This document shows, piece by piece, positions 24,752 through 36,457 of a stretch of 64,000 nucleotides of DNA. The position numbers and the translations under genes are program-made. Numbering within the stretch: the stretch's first letter is position 1; every line of letters starts with the position of its first letter. This stretch comes from Epithemia pelagica (lineage: Eukaryota; Protista; Bacillariophyta), in the NCBI GenBank assembly GCA_946965045.2, contig OX337235.1, positions 3,534,001 through 3,598,000 of the forward strand. Direction: 5' to 3'. Below the pieces are notes generated by a model. The model saw only the letters and a program-made list of their open reading frames with translations, made no database searches and was not told where the DNA came from.

Positions 24752-26230
24752 ATGTCAACAGGAGCGACAACGGCTCCTCCTTTAACACCACGACCGACTC
24801 CACCGAGAGCACCGACGAGACCACGGTTAGGTGGGTTGAATGGCATCCATCCATGGACTGGAGGAAGGCCAACAGACAACACGTTCACCGCAACGACGCG
24901 AACTGTTCCACGTAGCCCCTACTGCTACCAGTTGCAGGACCCAACAGAGGCTCACAAAGGACTTAAGTACAAGACAACGATCTTGACAAGCGACACCGAT
25001 TCGCGAAAGTTTACCAGAGACGAGAAGGAACTGACTATTGAACAGTTTGCAGAATTGGTGTCAGAGCATGTGGAGTTTCACGGAATGGATGCTGAATTCT
25101 ACCTTCCAGATCCCCAGAATCCGACACAATTGGTCAACATTCTGCATGAGGACTCGGAGTTCTCACCCGCTTATGTTGTCACACACTTCCGAAATGCTCA
25201 AGCAGCGACAACACCACTGTATGACGACTACTCCACTAACAATATGGACCTCGCATACAAAGCAATCATGGCTGTGTTAGATGAAACGGTGAAAACAAGC
25301 ATTCGGCCACTCCTACCTAGAGATTTGCGCTACGGACCCATCCTTTGGATTTACGTCGTCCGCGAAGTGCGCACAGCCTCATTCCAACGAATCAAGGCTC
25401 TCAAGACCCAGTTGGAGTCTCTCAAACTGCGGCAAACACCAGGCGAAGATGTTAAGGTGTTTACAACCAAGTTTCTTCAGACTTGCGTTGAGTTGGGTCG
25501 CAATGTGCCGAGTGATGCTCCTTTCATCCTCAATGAGCAGCTGTGTACGTCTTCGGTTGAACAGTTTCGAGTGAAATTTATGGCACGGAGTACTGCCGTG
25601 AACCAGTGGGTCACAAAAGTGCATGGCTTATCCAAAGCTACCATTGATGCACGATCAGCTGAACCTGACTATGTTTCTGTGCAAGACTTGGTTGAAGAAG
25701 CCAATGCAGAGTACACCCTCCTTTCGACTGCAGACCGCTGGGGCCCATCCGGAAAGGCCGATTCGGGAAACCCACCGGAAGCATTAACCTTTACCAAAGC
25801 TGAAATAAACAATCTCGTGCAGAAACAAGTGTCTGCCGCGATCAAGAACAAGAATGGTAATGGTAAAAGCGGAGGAAATGGACGCAAATGCTATCTTTGT
25901 GGTGCCGAAGACCATCTAAAGAAAGACTGTCCCAAGAACCCTGCGAACCAACACGGTGGCGACAAGACCAACAAAAAGTCTAAAGCTCCCAAAGCACCGT
26001 GGAAGTCTATTGCGCCTGGACCAAACGACCCAGAAACGAAAAATGTGAACGGTACTGACTGGCACTGGTGTGCCATTTGTGGTTTCTGGCGATTATCCCA
26101 TGGCACCGCCACACATCGAAATGACTTGCCTTCTTCGCAAACTGGCGACAAGAAAGCAGCCAAACCTGCCGGAGCAGCCTCCCTAGCTTTTGTTGGCGCT
26201 GCATCCATCCTTGATGACGATGAAGAATGA
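24752..26230 (+). CDS. gag: Copia gag
   Basis: CCHC knuckle CYLCGAEDHLKKDC and a second WHWCAICGFWRLSHGTATH motif. Confidence 0.9.
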   Translation: MSTGATTAPPLTPRPTPPRAPTRPRLGGLNGIHPWTGGRPTDNTFTATTRTVPRSPYCYQLQDPTEAHKGLKYKTTILTSDTDSRKFTRDEKELTIEQFAELVSEHVEFHGMDAEFYLPDPQNPTQLVNILHEDSEFSPAYVVTHFRNAQAATTPLYDDYSTNNMDLAYKAIMAVLDETVKTSIRPLLPRDLRYGPILWIYVVREVRTASFQRIKALKTQLESLKLRQTPGEDVKVFTTKFLQTCVELGRNVPSDAPFILNEQLCTSSVEQFRVKFMARSTAVNQWVTKVHGLSKATIDARSAEPDYVSVQDLVEEANAEYTLLSTADRWGPSGKADSGNPPEALTFTKAEINNLVQKQVSAAIKNKNGNGKSGGNGRKCYLCGAEDHLKKDCPKNPANQHGGDKTNKKSKAPKAPWKSIAPGPNDPETKNVNGTDWHWCAICGFWRLSHGTATHRNDLPSSQTGDKKAAKPAGAASLAFVGAASILDDDEE

Positions 26231-29200
26231 CTGGTTGGGCGGATTCTGCTTGCCCTTTGGAGTTTCTTGGTATTGCTGAATCCACAGCCCATTTTATCCT
26301 TCGTCTTTGATTGTTGTTTGCGATTGATTCTCGCCATCGGGCGACTACTACACCAAAACCTTTGGCCTCGCAAACCGTATCGTCGGCATCGCCGTGCCTG
26401 TCGCTACTATCGTCGCTCGCCACTTGCAGTCTTACCCAAGCTGCTCGTGTGCTATTCTGCCATAATCATGAGCACCCAAGCCATGACAAACGTACTTGGC
26501 GCACCGTTACACAAGTTTCCTTCGTTGATTGTCGCAAGTCGGCAATACGACCACCGTGTCCGTGGTCCTCCTCGCTGGCATGATCGTCATGCGCCACGCG
26601 CTAGAGTTCCGACACAAGAGCCCGACGAAGTGGAACCAACGCCCTTCGACTTTCCGGAGCCACCTACTACGGGACGGCCTCCTCCTGAGATCCCAGAATT
26701 CGCCTTGCTGCTTCCACCCAACAACACGGAAGCCAATGTTGCTGCACCGTCAACAGAGGGAGCTGACGTACCATTCACATGGACATCGCTCTTCTCTTCA
26801 AAACCAAAAGACTCTTTCCTGGTGACCTTCGATTCAGGGGCAACGATAACCATCTCGCCTACCAAAACTGATTTTGTTGAGTATTCCGAAGTGGAAGGTT
26901 CTGTCTTGCAAGGATTGGCCAAGGGTCTCCCGATTGCTGGAACCGGGAAAGTCTGTTGGGGAATGACCCTTGATGATGGAACTACAACGACCATCACCAC
27001 GCCTGCATACCATGTACCTACCGCTCGTTGTCGTTTGCTTTCACCGCAAAGTTATCTTCAACATATGAGTGCCGAGGCCGGTCAAGACTCTCCAGAAAGC
27101 TTTGTCATCCGTGGAGCCAAATTTGAATATCACAAAAGTCACGCCAAACATGCTTCTGTCTCTTACAGTGAAGACAACAACCTTCCAACGTGCTCCATGT
27201 GGAATACCAAACCCTCCGTGCCTGCACCGGCAGCCAATACAACTGGGTGTGTTACCAACGAGCACAACCCCAACCTTACATCGCCTCAGAAAGAGCTCCT
27301 GAAATGGCATTATCGTTTGTGCCATCAGGGCCTTGCTTCGCTCCAACGTTTGATGAAAACCGGCGCCCTTGGCAACTCTCCTTTGTTGCGCGCCGCCTCC
27401 AAGTGTGATCTCCCCAAATGTGCGAGCTGTGAATTTGGCAAAGCCACCCGTCGTCCGACAGACACTACCACGAAAACCTCTGTGCCTGAGAGGGAGTATG
27501 GCCTTAAGAAGGAAAACCTGTTCCCTGGCCAACGTGTCTCGATGGACCATTTCACCGTTACGCAGAAGGGTCGCCTGTACTCGTCCAAAGGCAAAACCCA
27601 CACCGACAGTATGTATTCGGGCGGTTGTATCTTCGTCGACCATGCAACAGGCGACATCCACATCGAACATCTCGTCAATTTTACAGCCACAGAGACTATC
27701 GCGGCTAAACAACGATACGAGAAACGCATGTTTGACATGGGAGTGACTGTCCAAGCCTACCAATCGGACAATGGGATCTTTGCTTCGAAAGCTTTCGTGC
27801 AAGAAATTGAGAATGGTCTACAGAATATTAAGTTTAGTGGAGTTGGAGCGCATCATCAGAATGGCATCGCAGAGCGCGGCATTGGTACCATCCTTACAAA
27901 AGTCCGCACAATCTTGATTCACGCTGCCATTCGATGGCCTGACGCCGCTGATATGAGTTTGTGGCCTATGGCCGTGGACTATGTCGTGCACCAGCACAAC
28001 CATATGCCGAGAGCCAGTGCAGGAATGATGTCTCCGTTGGAATTGGTTTTACGGACGAAAGTGTCGCGTGCCTCTTTTCAGGACATGCATGTTTGGGGCT
28101 GTCCGTGTTACGTTCTTGAGCCGACCCTTCAGGACGGACACAAGCTGCCAAAGTGGAAGCCCCGTTCTCGCCGTGGAATTTTTCTCGGATTCTCTCGTCG
28201 TCATTCGTCGCGTGTACCATTGGTCTTGAATACTCGGACCGGTCACATCTCGCCGCAGTTTCACGTCGTCTTTGACGACTGGTTTACCAGCGTCATTGGA
28301 ACAGCCCGCGACGAACCATTTGATGCCAACCAGTGGACCCAACTCTTTGCAGATTCGAGGTACCACTATGCTTTCGACGACGATGACCCCGTCGTTCTGG
28401 CTGATGAGTGGATGGACCAATATGCCGACAACGCTGAACGTTCTGCACAAATTCGGCAAGGTCAAGACCAGCCTCAGCAGCAGAGGGAGCCTCCGCCACC
28501 TCGAACAGACGATGTATTGCAGGATCAGAGGGAGAGGCAACATCCTCCTAACCCTGATTCTCCACCATTCCAACAACAACGTCCTGAACAGCCTCGAGAG
28601 ACAGAAGAACCGCCGCCAGCACCACCGGATGGAACCGACGAGCCAGTGTTTGATCCGCCACCACCGCCTGTGCCGCCGTCACCAAACTTGCCTTCCTCCC
28701 CTTCTCCAGGAGTACGACGCTCCGGTAGACAACGAAAACCTCCTCTCCGTTGGGGTTATGATGGAACCCAAGGAGCAGGATATCAAGCCCTGCAGAGTTT
28801 CGCTCTCTTTGTTTCAGACGCCACGACAACGGCTGCTTATCAAGCCTATCTGGATGTCGATGATGAAACAGACACGTACGGATTCCGTGATCCAATTGTG
28901 TACCAAGCCTCAACAAAGTCCAAGAAGAAGGATCCTGACTTGCCTTCGTATTTTGAAGCAATGACCGGGGACGACCGCGAGGGATTCACCGAAGCAATGG
29001 GAAACGAAGTCCGTGAATTGGAAGGAAAACACACATGGGACTTAGAGAAACGCTCCACCATGGAAGCAAAAGGTCGCAAAGCATTGCCCTCAACGTGGGC
29101 ATTCCGGCGCAAACGGTATCCAGATGGATCCATTCGGAAACTAAAAGCAAGGTTGTGTGTGCGAGGCGACAAACAGATCGAAGGAGTAGATTTCTTTGAA

Positions 29201-30526
29201 ACCTACGCTCCTGTCGTGCAATGGACAACGATCCGCCTTGTTTTATTGTTGAGTCTGGTGTTCAATTGGGTGACAGTCCAAACGGACTATTCGAATGCGT
29301 TCGCCCAAGCGACTCTCGAAGAAGACGTGTATATGGAGCTGCCGAAGGATTTCGCCGTACAGGATAGCACAGAAGATTATGTCTTGCGATTGCGCAAAAC
29401 CTTATATGGCCTGAGACAAGCTCCCCTTTCTTGGTATGATCATTTGAAAGGCCACCTGGAGCAGCGTGGCTTCACTCAGAGCAAATATGATCCATGCCTT
29501 TTCTTTGATGCGACAAAGCAAATATTGTGCCTTGTCTACATTGATGATGTGATTTGGGTGGCACCGGATGAAGCAAGAATTCTTAAAGTCTTGGACTCTT
29601 TGAAAGACGATCTCGAACTGACAGTAGAGGGAGACGTCTCCGCCTATCTGGGCATCGCCTTTGAACGACTGGATGACGGCCAAATTAAGTTGAAACAGTT
29701 GGGACTGATTGAACGAGTGTTGAAAGCAACAGGGTTGCAAGAGTGCAATCCGGATAAGACTCCTGCGAGTCAGACTCCACTTGGAACAGACAAGGATGGA
29801 GCTGAGTTTTGCGAGAAATGGAGCTACTCGTCAGTGGTCGGCATGTTACTATATTTGGCCTCCAACTCCAGGCCGGAGATTGCGTTCGCCGTGCACCAGT
29901 GTGCAAGATTTACCCATAATCCAAAAGCATCCCATGGACAAGCTGTCAAACGGATATGCCGATATTTGAAAGGGACCAAAGACCGAGGAATGATCTTGAC
30001 ACCGTCCAAACACTTGACCGTTGATTGCTATGTTGATTCGGACTTTGCCGGACAATGGAATGCCGAGGATCCACAGGATCCATTATGTGTAAAATCAAGA
30101 ACCGGATATGTCTTGATGGTGGCCGGGTGCCCTGTTCACTGGGTATCAAAGCTTCAATCGGAGATTGCTGTGTCCACAATGGAAGCTGAGTACATCGCTC
30201 TCAGTCTTGCCATGCGTGATTTGCTACCGCTTCGGGGACTGGTTGCTGAAATTAAGGGAATGTTTGGCGCCAAGATCCTTCCATGCCGTGCCTATTCAAA
30301 AGTCTTCGAGGATAACAATGGGGCTTTGCTCTTGGCCACAACACCAAAGATGACGCCCAGATCAAAACATATTGCTGTGAAGTACCACTTTTTCAAGGAG
30401 AATGTCTCAAGGGGTGAGATTCAACTTGTAAAGGTCGCTTCCGAAGATCAAATTGCTGACTGTCTTACCAAGGGGTTGGATAAGACTTTATTCGTCCGAG
30501 CAAGAGAGATGCTAGCTGGATGGTGA
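26231..30526 (+). CDS. pol: Copia pol (protease, integrase, RT, RNase H), in frame with gag after one TGA
   Basis: FDSGA protease; WHYRLCH...CASC; SMDHF/SDNG/NGIAER integrase; YIDD RT; YVDSDFAG/TMEAEY/FEDN RNase H. No stops from 26231 to 30523. Confidence 0.95.
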   Translation: MVGRILLALWSFLVLLNPQPILSFVFDCCLRLILAIGRLLHQNLWPRKPYRRHRRACRYYRRSPLAVLPKLLVCYSAIIMSTQAMTNVLGAPLHKFPSLIVASRQYDHRVRGPPRWHDRHAPRARVPTQEPDEVEPTPFDFPEPPTTGRPPPEIPEFALLLPPNNTEANVAAPSTEGADVPFTWTSLFSSKPKDSFLVTFDSGATITISPTKTDFVEYSEVEGSVLQGLAKGLPIAGTGKVCWGMTLDDGTTTTITTPAYHVPTARCRLLSPQSYLQHMSAEAGQDSPESFVIRGAKFEYHKSHAKHASVSYSEDNNLPTCSMWNTKPSVPAPAANTTGCVTNEHNPNLTSPQKELLKWHYRLCHQGLASLQRLMKTGALGNSPLLRAASKCDLPKCASCEFGKATRRPTDTTTKTSVPEREYGLKKENLFPGQRVSMDHFTVTQKGRLYSSKGKTHTDSMYSGGCIFVDHATGDIHIEHLVNFTATETIAAKQRYEKRMFDMGVTVQAYQSDNGIFASKAFVQEIENGLQNIKFSGVGAHHQNGIAERGIGTILTKVRTILIHAAIRWPDAADMSLWPMAVDYVVHQHNHMPRASAGMMSPLELVLRTKVSRASFQDMHVWGCPCYVLEPTLQDGHKLPKWKPRSRRGIFLGFSRRHSSRVPLVLNTRTGHISPQFHVVFDDWFTSVIGTARDEPFDANQWTQLFADSRYHYAFDDDDPVVLADEWMDQYADNAERSAQIRQGQDQPQQQREPPPPRTDDVLQDQRERQHPPNPDSPPFQQQRPEQPRETEEPPPAPPDGTDEPVFDPPPPPVPPSPNLPSSPSPGVRRSGRQRKPPLRWGYDGTQGAGYQALQSFALFVSDATTTAAYQAYLDVDDETDTYGFRDPIVYQASTKSKKKDPDLPSYFEAMTGDDREGFTEAMGNEVRELEGKHTWDLEKRSTMEAKGRKALPSTWAFRRKRYPDGSIRKLKARLCVRGDKQIEGVDFFETYAPVVQWTTIRLVLLLSLVFNWVTVQTDYSNAFAQATLEEDVYMELPKDFAVQDSTEDYVLRLRKTLYGLRQAPLSWYDHLKGHLEQRGFTQSKYDPCLFFDATKQILCLVYIDDVIWVAPDEARILKVLDSLKDDLELTVEGDVSAYLGIAFERLDDGQIKLKQLGLIERVLKATGLQECNPDKTPASQTPLGTDKDGAEFCEKWSYSSVVGMLLYLASNSRPEIAFAVHQCARFTHNPKASHGQAVKRICRYLKGTKDRGMILTPSKHLTVDCYVDSDFAGQWNAEDPQDPLCVKSRTGYVLMVAGCPVHWVSKLQSEIAVSTMEAEYIALSLAMRDLLPLRGLVAEIKGMFGAKILPCRAYSKVFEDNNGALLLATTPKMTPRSKHIAVKYHFFKENVSRGEIQLVKVASEDQIADCLTKGLDKTLFVRAREMLAGW

Positions 30527-30575
30527 ACCAAACTATGATTGCTCAACTGCAATCGCTCCTCCGTCTGAGAGGGAG

Positions 30576-30811
30576 TGTCGTGACAGTGGGGAAGTATGCA
30601 TGCTAGTGGGGTAGCAGCCTTGGAGCGCGCGAGTCGAGCCAAGAAAGTAGAATAACTCCCACACACAGTTCGGAATCATAATTTCGCTTTGTTTGATTGT
30701 TGCATCTCTTCTCCCTTCCGTTCCCTGCCTACCGTCATCATTTGTTGACCATAGCGATCATTTGACCGCTGAGTACGACAAGAGACGCATCTATAACGAT
30801 AGATTGCGGCA
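30576..30811 (+). repeat. 3' LTR preceded by a polypurine tract
   Basis: GAGAGGGAG at 30567-30575, then the LTR copy. Confidence 0.95.
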
Positions 30812-31177
30812 TCCTCCTCCTTGTTGGATGGGAAGGACAACCCTTTGGTATTCGTCGTCCACTTGAGCATGGCTTGCTGATCGTGCCAGAGACATGTCGC
30901 AAAATGACCAAAGTCCGACGGCGAATACCACAACTGGCCCTTGTGCTCCATCGTGATGCCGTGCACATTGTTGTAATAGTGATTCCGGTCCAAGTCAAAT
31001 TGAACACGTTTGCTTGATTTCCTCGTTGGATGATGATCCAAGCATGGGAGAGGTTTGGTGTTGTCGTTGCTTGTGGGATGAGGAGGACCCATTCCGGATA
31101 TGGAAGTCATTTCGTGTTGTGCCTTTGGAATTGGCCGGCGACTGTGTGTCGTCGCCGGATCAATTGGATGACAAAAG

Positions 31178-34100
31178 ATGCATCACTTGTGCCAACACGT
31201 GTTGAATTGCGTGGGCCGTCCCCAACGGCTCGTGCCGTACAGTGGCAATTTCGAAGCGGAACATCAGGAATGGAATTGGCATTGTCTGCATCGGGTTGAG
31301 GTCCGCCATGAGGAGGAGGAGGAGGAGACAAACGACAGCAATGCCCACCCAACTGGCAAACCCCTCCATCCGGCCGTTCAAGCCGTCCAGTCCTTGCAAG
31401 AGGCAGTGGATGCCAACCCTGAATGGTTGGATACAATTGTAGCAACCTTGTCTCCCGTCTATACCCACCAAGCAATGATGGTGTCGACTCAAGAACAACA
31501 AGCCTCTTCTAAAGAGGAGGACGACGACGATGGTGACGCGACGGCGCATCCTCGCCCGACCGAACATCATGCCAAGTCGGTGGCTCGACGCCGTCGCGAA
31601 CGGCAAGAACCACCACCACACCACCAAGGACGACGCCGAGCGACGGAAACCACATCCACCACAAACGAGAAACCAGGGCAAGAACGATCCAACGATCCGC
31701 GGCTGTGGGAACAAGAGGATTTTTTTTTCGGCCACCAATACCTTTGCCGCCTGGAAGTTGCTCACCGAACACAATGTGTGGGGTCCCCCGGCATCACGAG
31801 TGATTTTACACGTCATGTCCAATTCCGGATGGCAAGCAGACCAACATCCCGATTTGGGATTCAATCAATGGGTCAACACTAACGAAATTTGTGGCGATGG
31901 ACTGGACAATGACTTTAATGGCCGTGTGGATGATTGTCATGGATGGAATCATGTCAACCAAAACAATAGTACGTACCGGTCGGGCAGTAGTTTTGGAACC
32001 ACCGTGGCGGGTATTTGTGCAGCCAACACCGATGTAAGTAGTAGTTGTAGTGACATTCCAATCGCATGGCACAAGCTCGATTGTCCGTTGGTTGTGTCGT
32101 CCTTGATTCCGTTTGGTGTGTGATTCCAATCGCGAATTTGTCTAATGCATATTTGTGGTTCTCTATATTACAGAACGAAATTGGTGTGGCCGGTACAGCG
32201 GGTGGATTGAATGGACAGCGAGGTGTTTCTCTCTTGGCCACCATTCCCAGTGGCAATGTTGCCTCCCTTGTCTTTGCCGCCGACATGGGGGCCCATGTCA
32301 GTACCCTTCCCTGGGGTTTCGTTCCGCCGGGTTCGAGCAATGTCTTTTTTGAACGGGCCATGGACTATGCCTTTGCCCGTAATGTCATGATTGTGTGTTC
32401 CGCCAGCAATGGTACGTTGTTCCATTCGGAGGAGATACGCAGAGAGAATGCGGAATGCGGAAATCCACAGCGTGTCACTTGGGAGAACACTCTCACAACG
32501 TTTCTTTGATCTTTTTGGATCCTTGATTTGCTGGCGCAGAGGGACGGGATATCCGAATGTACCCGTCGACCTATGGCAAGGCCATTTCCGTGGCCGCCAC
32601 CAACAATAATAGTGTGGCGGCATCCTTTACCACCTATTCCGACTTTATCAGTCTTTCGGCACCCGGGGTAGAAGTGTTGACGACCGTTCCGGTAAACCAA
32701 GGATCCTACAGCTATCTCAGTGGAACCGGCGCGTCTTCAGCGCATGTGGCCGGCACGTGCCTTGTGGGCGTTCGGGAACCAACAAACGCACGCCGCCGTT
32801 CCGCACCAAACAACCACAAGCCTTTTTCGTTTCGTGCGGTATCTTGTCTGACTTTTTCTTTCATTGTTGTTGTTGTTCTCATATTTTGTGTTTAGGCATT
32901 GTTGCGTTGGGCAAGGCACTCAAGTTTGACGCAACGCCCGACGAACTGCGTACCTGTCTGTTGGTCAGTGACAGGGGCATTGATCATGTGCAAGCCTTTC
33001 GCAATCAGTACCGCAACAAGCTCGGTTCCGGTATGGTGGATGCCTACGCCTTTTTGAATTGTCTCCTATTGGACGAGGGGACCTGTGGCAATAGTCGTTT
33101 GGACGTAGGAGAAGCATGCGATACCAACAATCTGGGAGCGTGGAATGGTCGGGGCTGTGTCGATTTTGGATACGATTTGGGCGATATTGGTTGCCAGAGG
33201 GACTGCCGTGGCTTTGACTTTGGCCAATGCTTCAGCATTTTTTTGGATCAACCGCGCTTGTCGGGACCTCTTAATAGTGAACAGAGATTTATTGTGGAAA
33301 TCCCCAACGACTGGGAGGGCATGACTGAAGTGCGGTTTGAATTGTCCTACACGGGATTAGCCTTGGGCTATGCGGATGCCGATTTGTTTGTGCGACGGGA
33401 TGGTCCACCTGACTTTACCACGTACGATTGTCTCTCGGTCGAGACGGGCAGTGAAGAGCTGTGTACCTTTACCCAACCAGGTACCTATCATATCTTGGTC
33501 TGGGGTCATGGTACCTACAGCAACGTCAACTTGTTGGTCACGGCCAATGGCAAACCCCAAGAGGCCAAATGCGGCAATGGTTTTTTGGAAGGTACGGAAT
33601 TCTGTGATGGCAATAACTTCAAGTCGGTGCTTTGTGAAGATTTGGGATTTCAAACAGGTGACATGGGCTGTCAATCGGATTGCAGTGTCTTGGATGTCCG
33701 CAATTGCTACGATACCCTGTTCAACCTGAGGCGAAATTTGAATCGGGGTAGCTTTTTTCGGTTTCAAGTGGATGCCACCGAGTTTGCCGTCTTTGATCGT
33801 TTGGAAATCACCACCTCGTCGACCCGTTCTTCGGCCGACGTGGACTTGTACGTGAGCAAGGATACCCAGCCCACCTTGGATGTCCTTTACCGAACCGGGT
33901 GTGTACCAAGTCTTGGTCCATGCCTATTTAAGTTCCAGTTCGGTCACCATGAGAGCTCGTCTCTATGGGAAACAAGGACCGGAGACAACCCCCACGGCAT
34001 CTCCCACTGTTTCGGCCGAACCATCCACCAGTGCGGCACCCAGTCGTTCCGGGCTGTGTCGTCCCGACTGCAGTACCTGCTTCGATCCCAGCTTTCGGCA

Positions 34101-34193
34101 AAAGGGTTGCAGTGGGTGTACCGACTGTGAGACGCTCGTGTGTGCGGCCGATGTAGATCCCTATTGCTGCAGCACGCATTGGGACGCGGACTG
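31178..34193 (+). pseudogene. S8 subtilisin-like protein with Cys-rich repeats and PPC domains, copy 1 (catalytic triad replaced; two frameshifts)
   Basis: HPDL...WVNTNEICGDGLDNDFNGRVDDCHGWN, ISVAAT, SLSAPG, CGNSRLDVGEACD, DADLFVRRDGPP. Extra T in the run near 31720-31728; deletion/frameshift near 33880; introns 32034-32173, 32412 to about 32538, and 32753-32895. Start and last exon uncertain. Confidence 0.72.
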
Positions 34194-34908
34194 GTACGTA
34201 TTGTATCTTTGGGGAATGGTTTTGTCTGGGACTTGCGAACAGGTTGGTTGTGGACTCACCAGTTTTTTTTTGGTGTGTTTGTGTTGGTGGACTGTTGGTT
34301 GGCCAATGGAGAAAAGGCTCGTACTTTGTGTATTTGTGATGCTCTTACCAAACTCTATTCTACGAGGTAAGGGGGGTTGTGTGGATGGCTCCTCCAATCG
34401 AAACTACGATGTGTGGCGACCACAGAACATGGCAATGGGATTCTGTTTGGTGTATAGGAGTAAAGAAGGCAGAGCTGATCATCATCCTAGTAATAAGTTT
34501 ATATGGAGAAATATGGCATATAGGGAATCGAAGGAGATGGAGGAGTAGACTTGTTGTAGAGTGGTTCATGGTCGCCGTCTTCATGTGGTGGTTTACCGAT
34601 CTCTACTAGTCTCTAGCTATTAGATCTCTAGAGGGAGAAAAAAAAGGCTACTCCTACTCCTCTAGCAGTTAGAGACACCACAGGAGGACTTTGGGAGTCA
34701 TAGGCCACATAGGTAGAGAAAAGGGTTATTTATTCTCATGAGAAGCGAGATCTTTGCGTGACGCAATCAGATCTTTTTCCTGTCACACCGAGACGCCGCC
34801 ATCGCTGCCTCGTTCTTATTGTAGAGGAAGGTTGCTCATTTGTCTCCTTGAATCAATCCCCTTTCGTTGCTGCTGCCTTTCTGGTCTCTCTTTCTTTGTT
34901 TGCAAACC

Positions 34909-35822
34909 ATGAATCCTACGATTTCCGCCGCCGCCATTCATTTGAGATCCAACAAGATTCCCACCAAATTGTTGCAATCCAGTACGGCCCTCTTTTCCGC
35001 CTACACGGATGCTTCCAACAAACCCGTGTTGCCCGATTTGCCCTACGATTACGATGCTCTCGAACGTACGTACATGTGTCTATTTGTGTGTGTGTTACGG
35101 TTGTTGTTGTTTTTCTATAGAGTGTGTTTGGGATGGTATCGAAAGGAGGACGATTTGTCCGGCGCTGTATGTTGGATACTCTAATGTTGTTTGATTGTGG
35201 ATTTGACAATTGGCTCTCTTTCGTTTGCGTTTTTGCTACTGGAACCGTCTGTTTTTGTTTTGTATATAATGCAGCTACCATTTCGGCCGAGACCATGAAA
35301 TTGCATCATTCCAAACACCACAATACGTACGTGACGAATTTGCTCAAGGGATTGGAGCAATTGGATACGGCTGTCTCGGCAGGTGATGTGTCGGCCATTA
35401 TTGGCCTGCAAGGCGCCTTGCAATTCAATGGCGGCGGTCATTTGAATCATTGTCTCTTTTGGGAAAATTTAAGTCCCCCCGAAGGTGCCCAACCCGGTCC
35501 GGAAACGACCAAGGCCATTGCTCAAGCCTTTGGAGATGTCGAAGCCTTGCGTACCACCATGTCGGCCCAAACTGTGGCCATTCAAGGCAGTGGATGGGGA
35601 TGGTTGGGCTGGAATGGCACAGCACTGGAAATTGCCACGTGTCCCAATCAAAATCCCTTGCAGGCCACGACGGGGTTGGTCCCCCTCTTGGGCATGGATG
35701 TGTGGGAACATGCCTATTATGTCGATTATCGCAATGTTCGACCCGATTATGTCCGCAATTTGTGGTCCATTGTCAATTGGAAAGTCGTCGAAGAACGATT
35801 GGTGGCGGCGCAAGCCAAGTAG
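34909..35822 (+). CDS. SOD2: Manganese superoxide dismutase with N-terminal targeting extension; intron 35066-35274
   Basis: LPDLPYDYDALEP, LHHSKHHNTYV, FNGGGHLNH, QGSGWGW (Mn-type), DVWEHAYY. Confidence 0.95.
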
Positions 35823-36457
35823 AAACAGCAAAAAGGCTGTTCCTATATTATACCACTACTTTGTCACGAAACCACAGACTCCAACACACACTGAACCTGT
35901 CGCTATCCACGACCTCATTCGTTCCAGAAACAACTATTAAACGTGTTACTACCTACGTACCTACCTAGTTCCAAACGCCTCATCTTTGGTTTGCCCTAAC
36001 CGATTGTTTTGTAGAGGCCCGCGATCATGGTCCATTGGAGAAAGGAAACGAGAGAAAGAAAATCTGCATGTCGATAGGAGAGATTGCCACGTCCGTCCAC
36101 TCTCCACCATGGTGTGCCTTGTGTTATTGTGCAGAACGACCTTTCTCGTTTGGTTGCCGCTATCGGATCCATCATCTCTAGGTAGACTATCCGGAAGGAA
36201 CCGCGACCGTCTCCGACTCGAACATGTCTTGATCGTGTCACAGAGTACTCTTCCAGGTATACTACGGAAGTCAGACATGGAAAGACCAAGGTCTTCTGCC
36301 ACACGCATACGTCATTCGGCCAATGTTTGAGATTGCAATAGATACTATGGGGTTGACATCATGTTGCCAATCGTATCATTGCCACATTTCTTGTTGCCCA
36401 TCAAGAGAAGGTTTGAGAGAAAGGTTCTTATTGTTAAAAAGAAACTAGGTTGTCAAG

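Larger units (their letters stand above)
24409..30811 (+). mobile_element. Full-length Ty1/copia LTR retrotransposon (diatom CoDi-like), apparently intact
   Basis: 236-bp LTRs TG...CA at 24409-24644 and 30576-30811, TCCTC duplication at 24404-24408 and 30812-30816, PBS, PPT, and domain order PR-IN-RT-RH. Confidence 0.97.
23665..31110 (-). pseudogene. Host gene (345 aa when rejoined; diatom RVxF...WYS...GLE family) split by the copia insertion
   Basis: 31110-30812 (299 nt) plus 24403-23665 (739 nt) gives 1038 nt in one frame, reading ...PSNKEEEEEEEKQPQDTTTKLDVTTTT... across the empty site. Confidence 0.82.
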
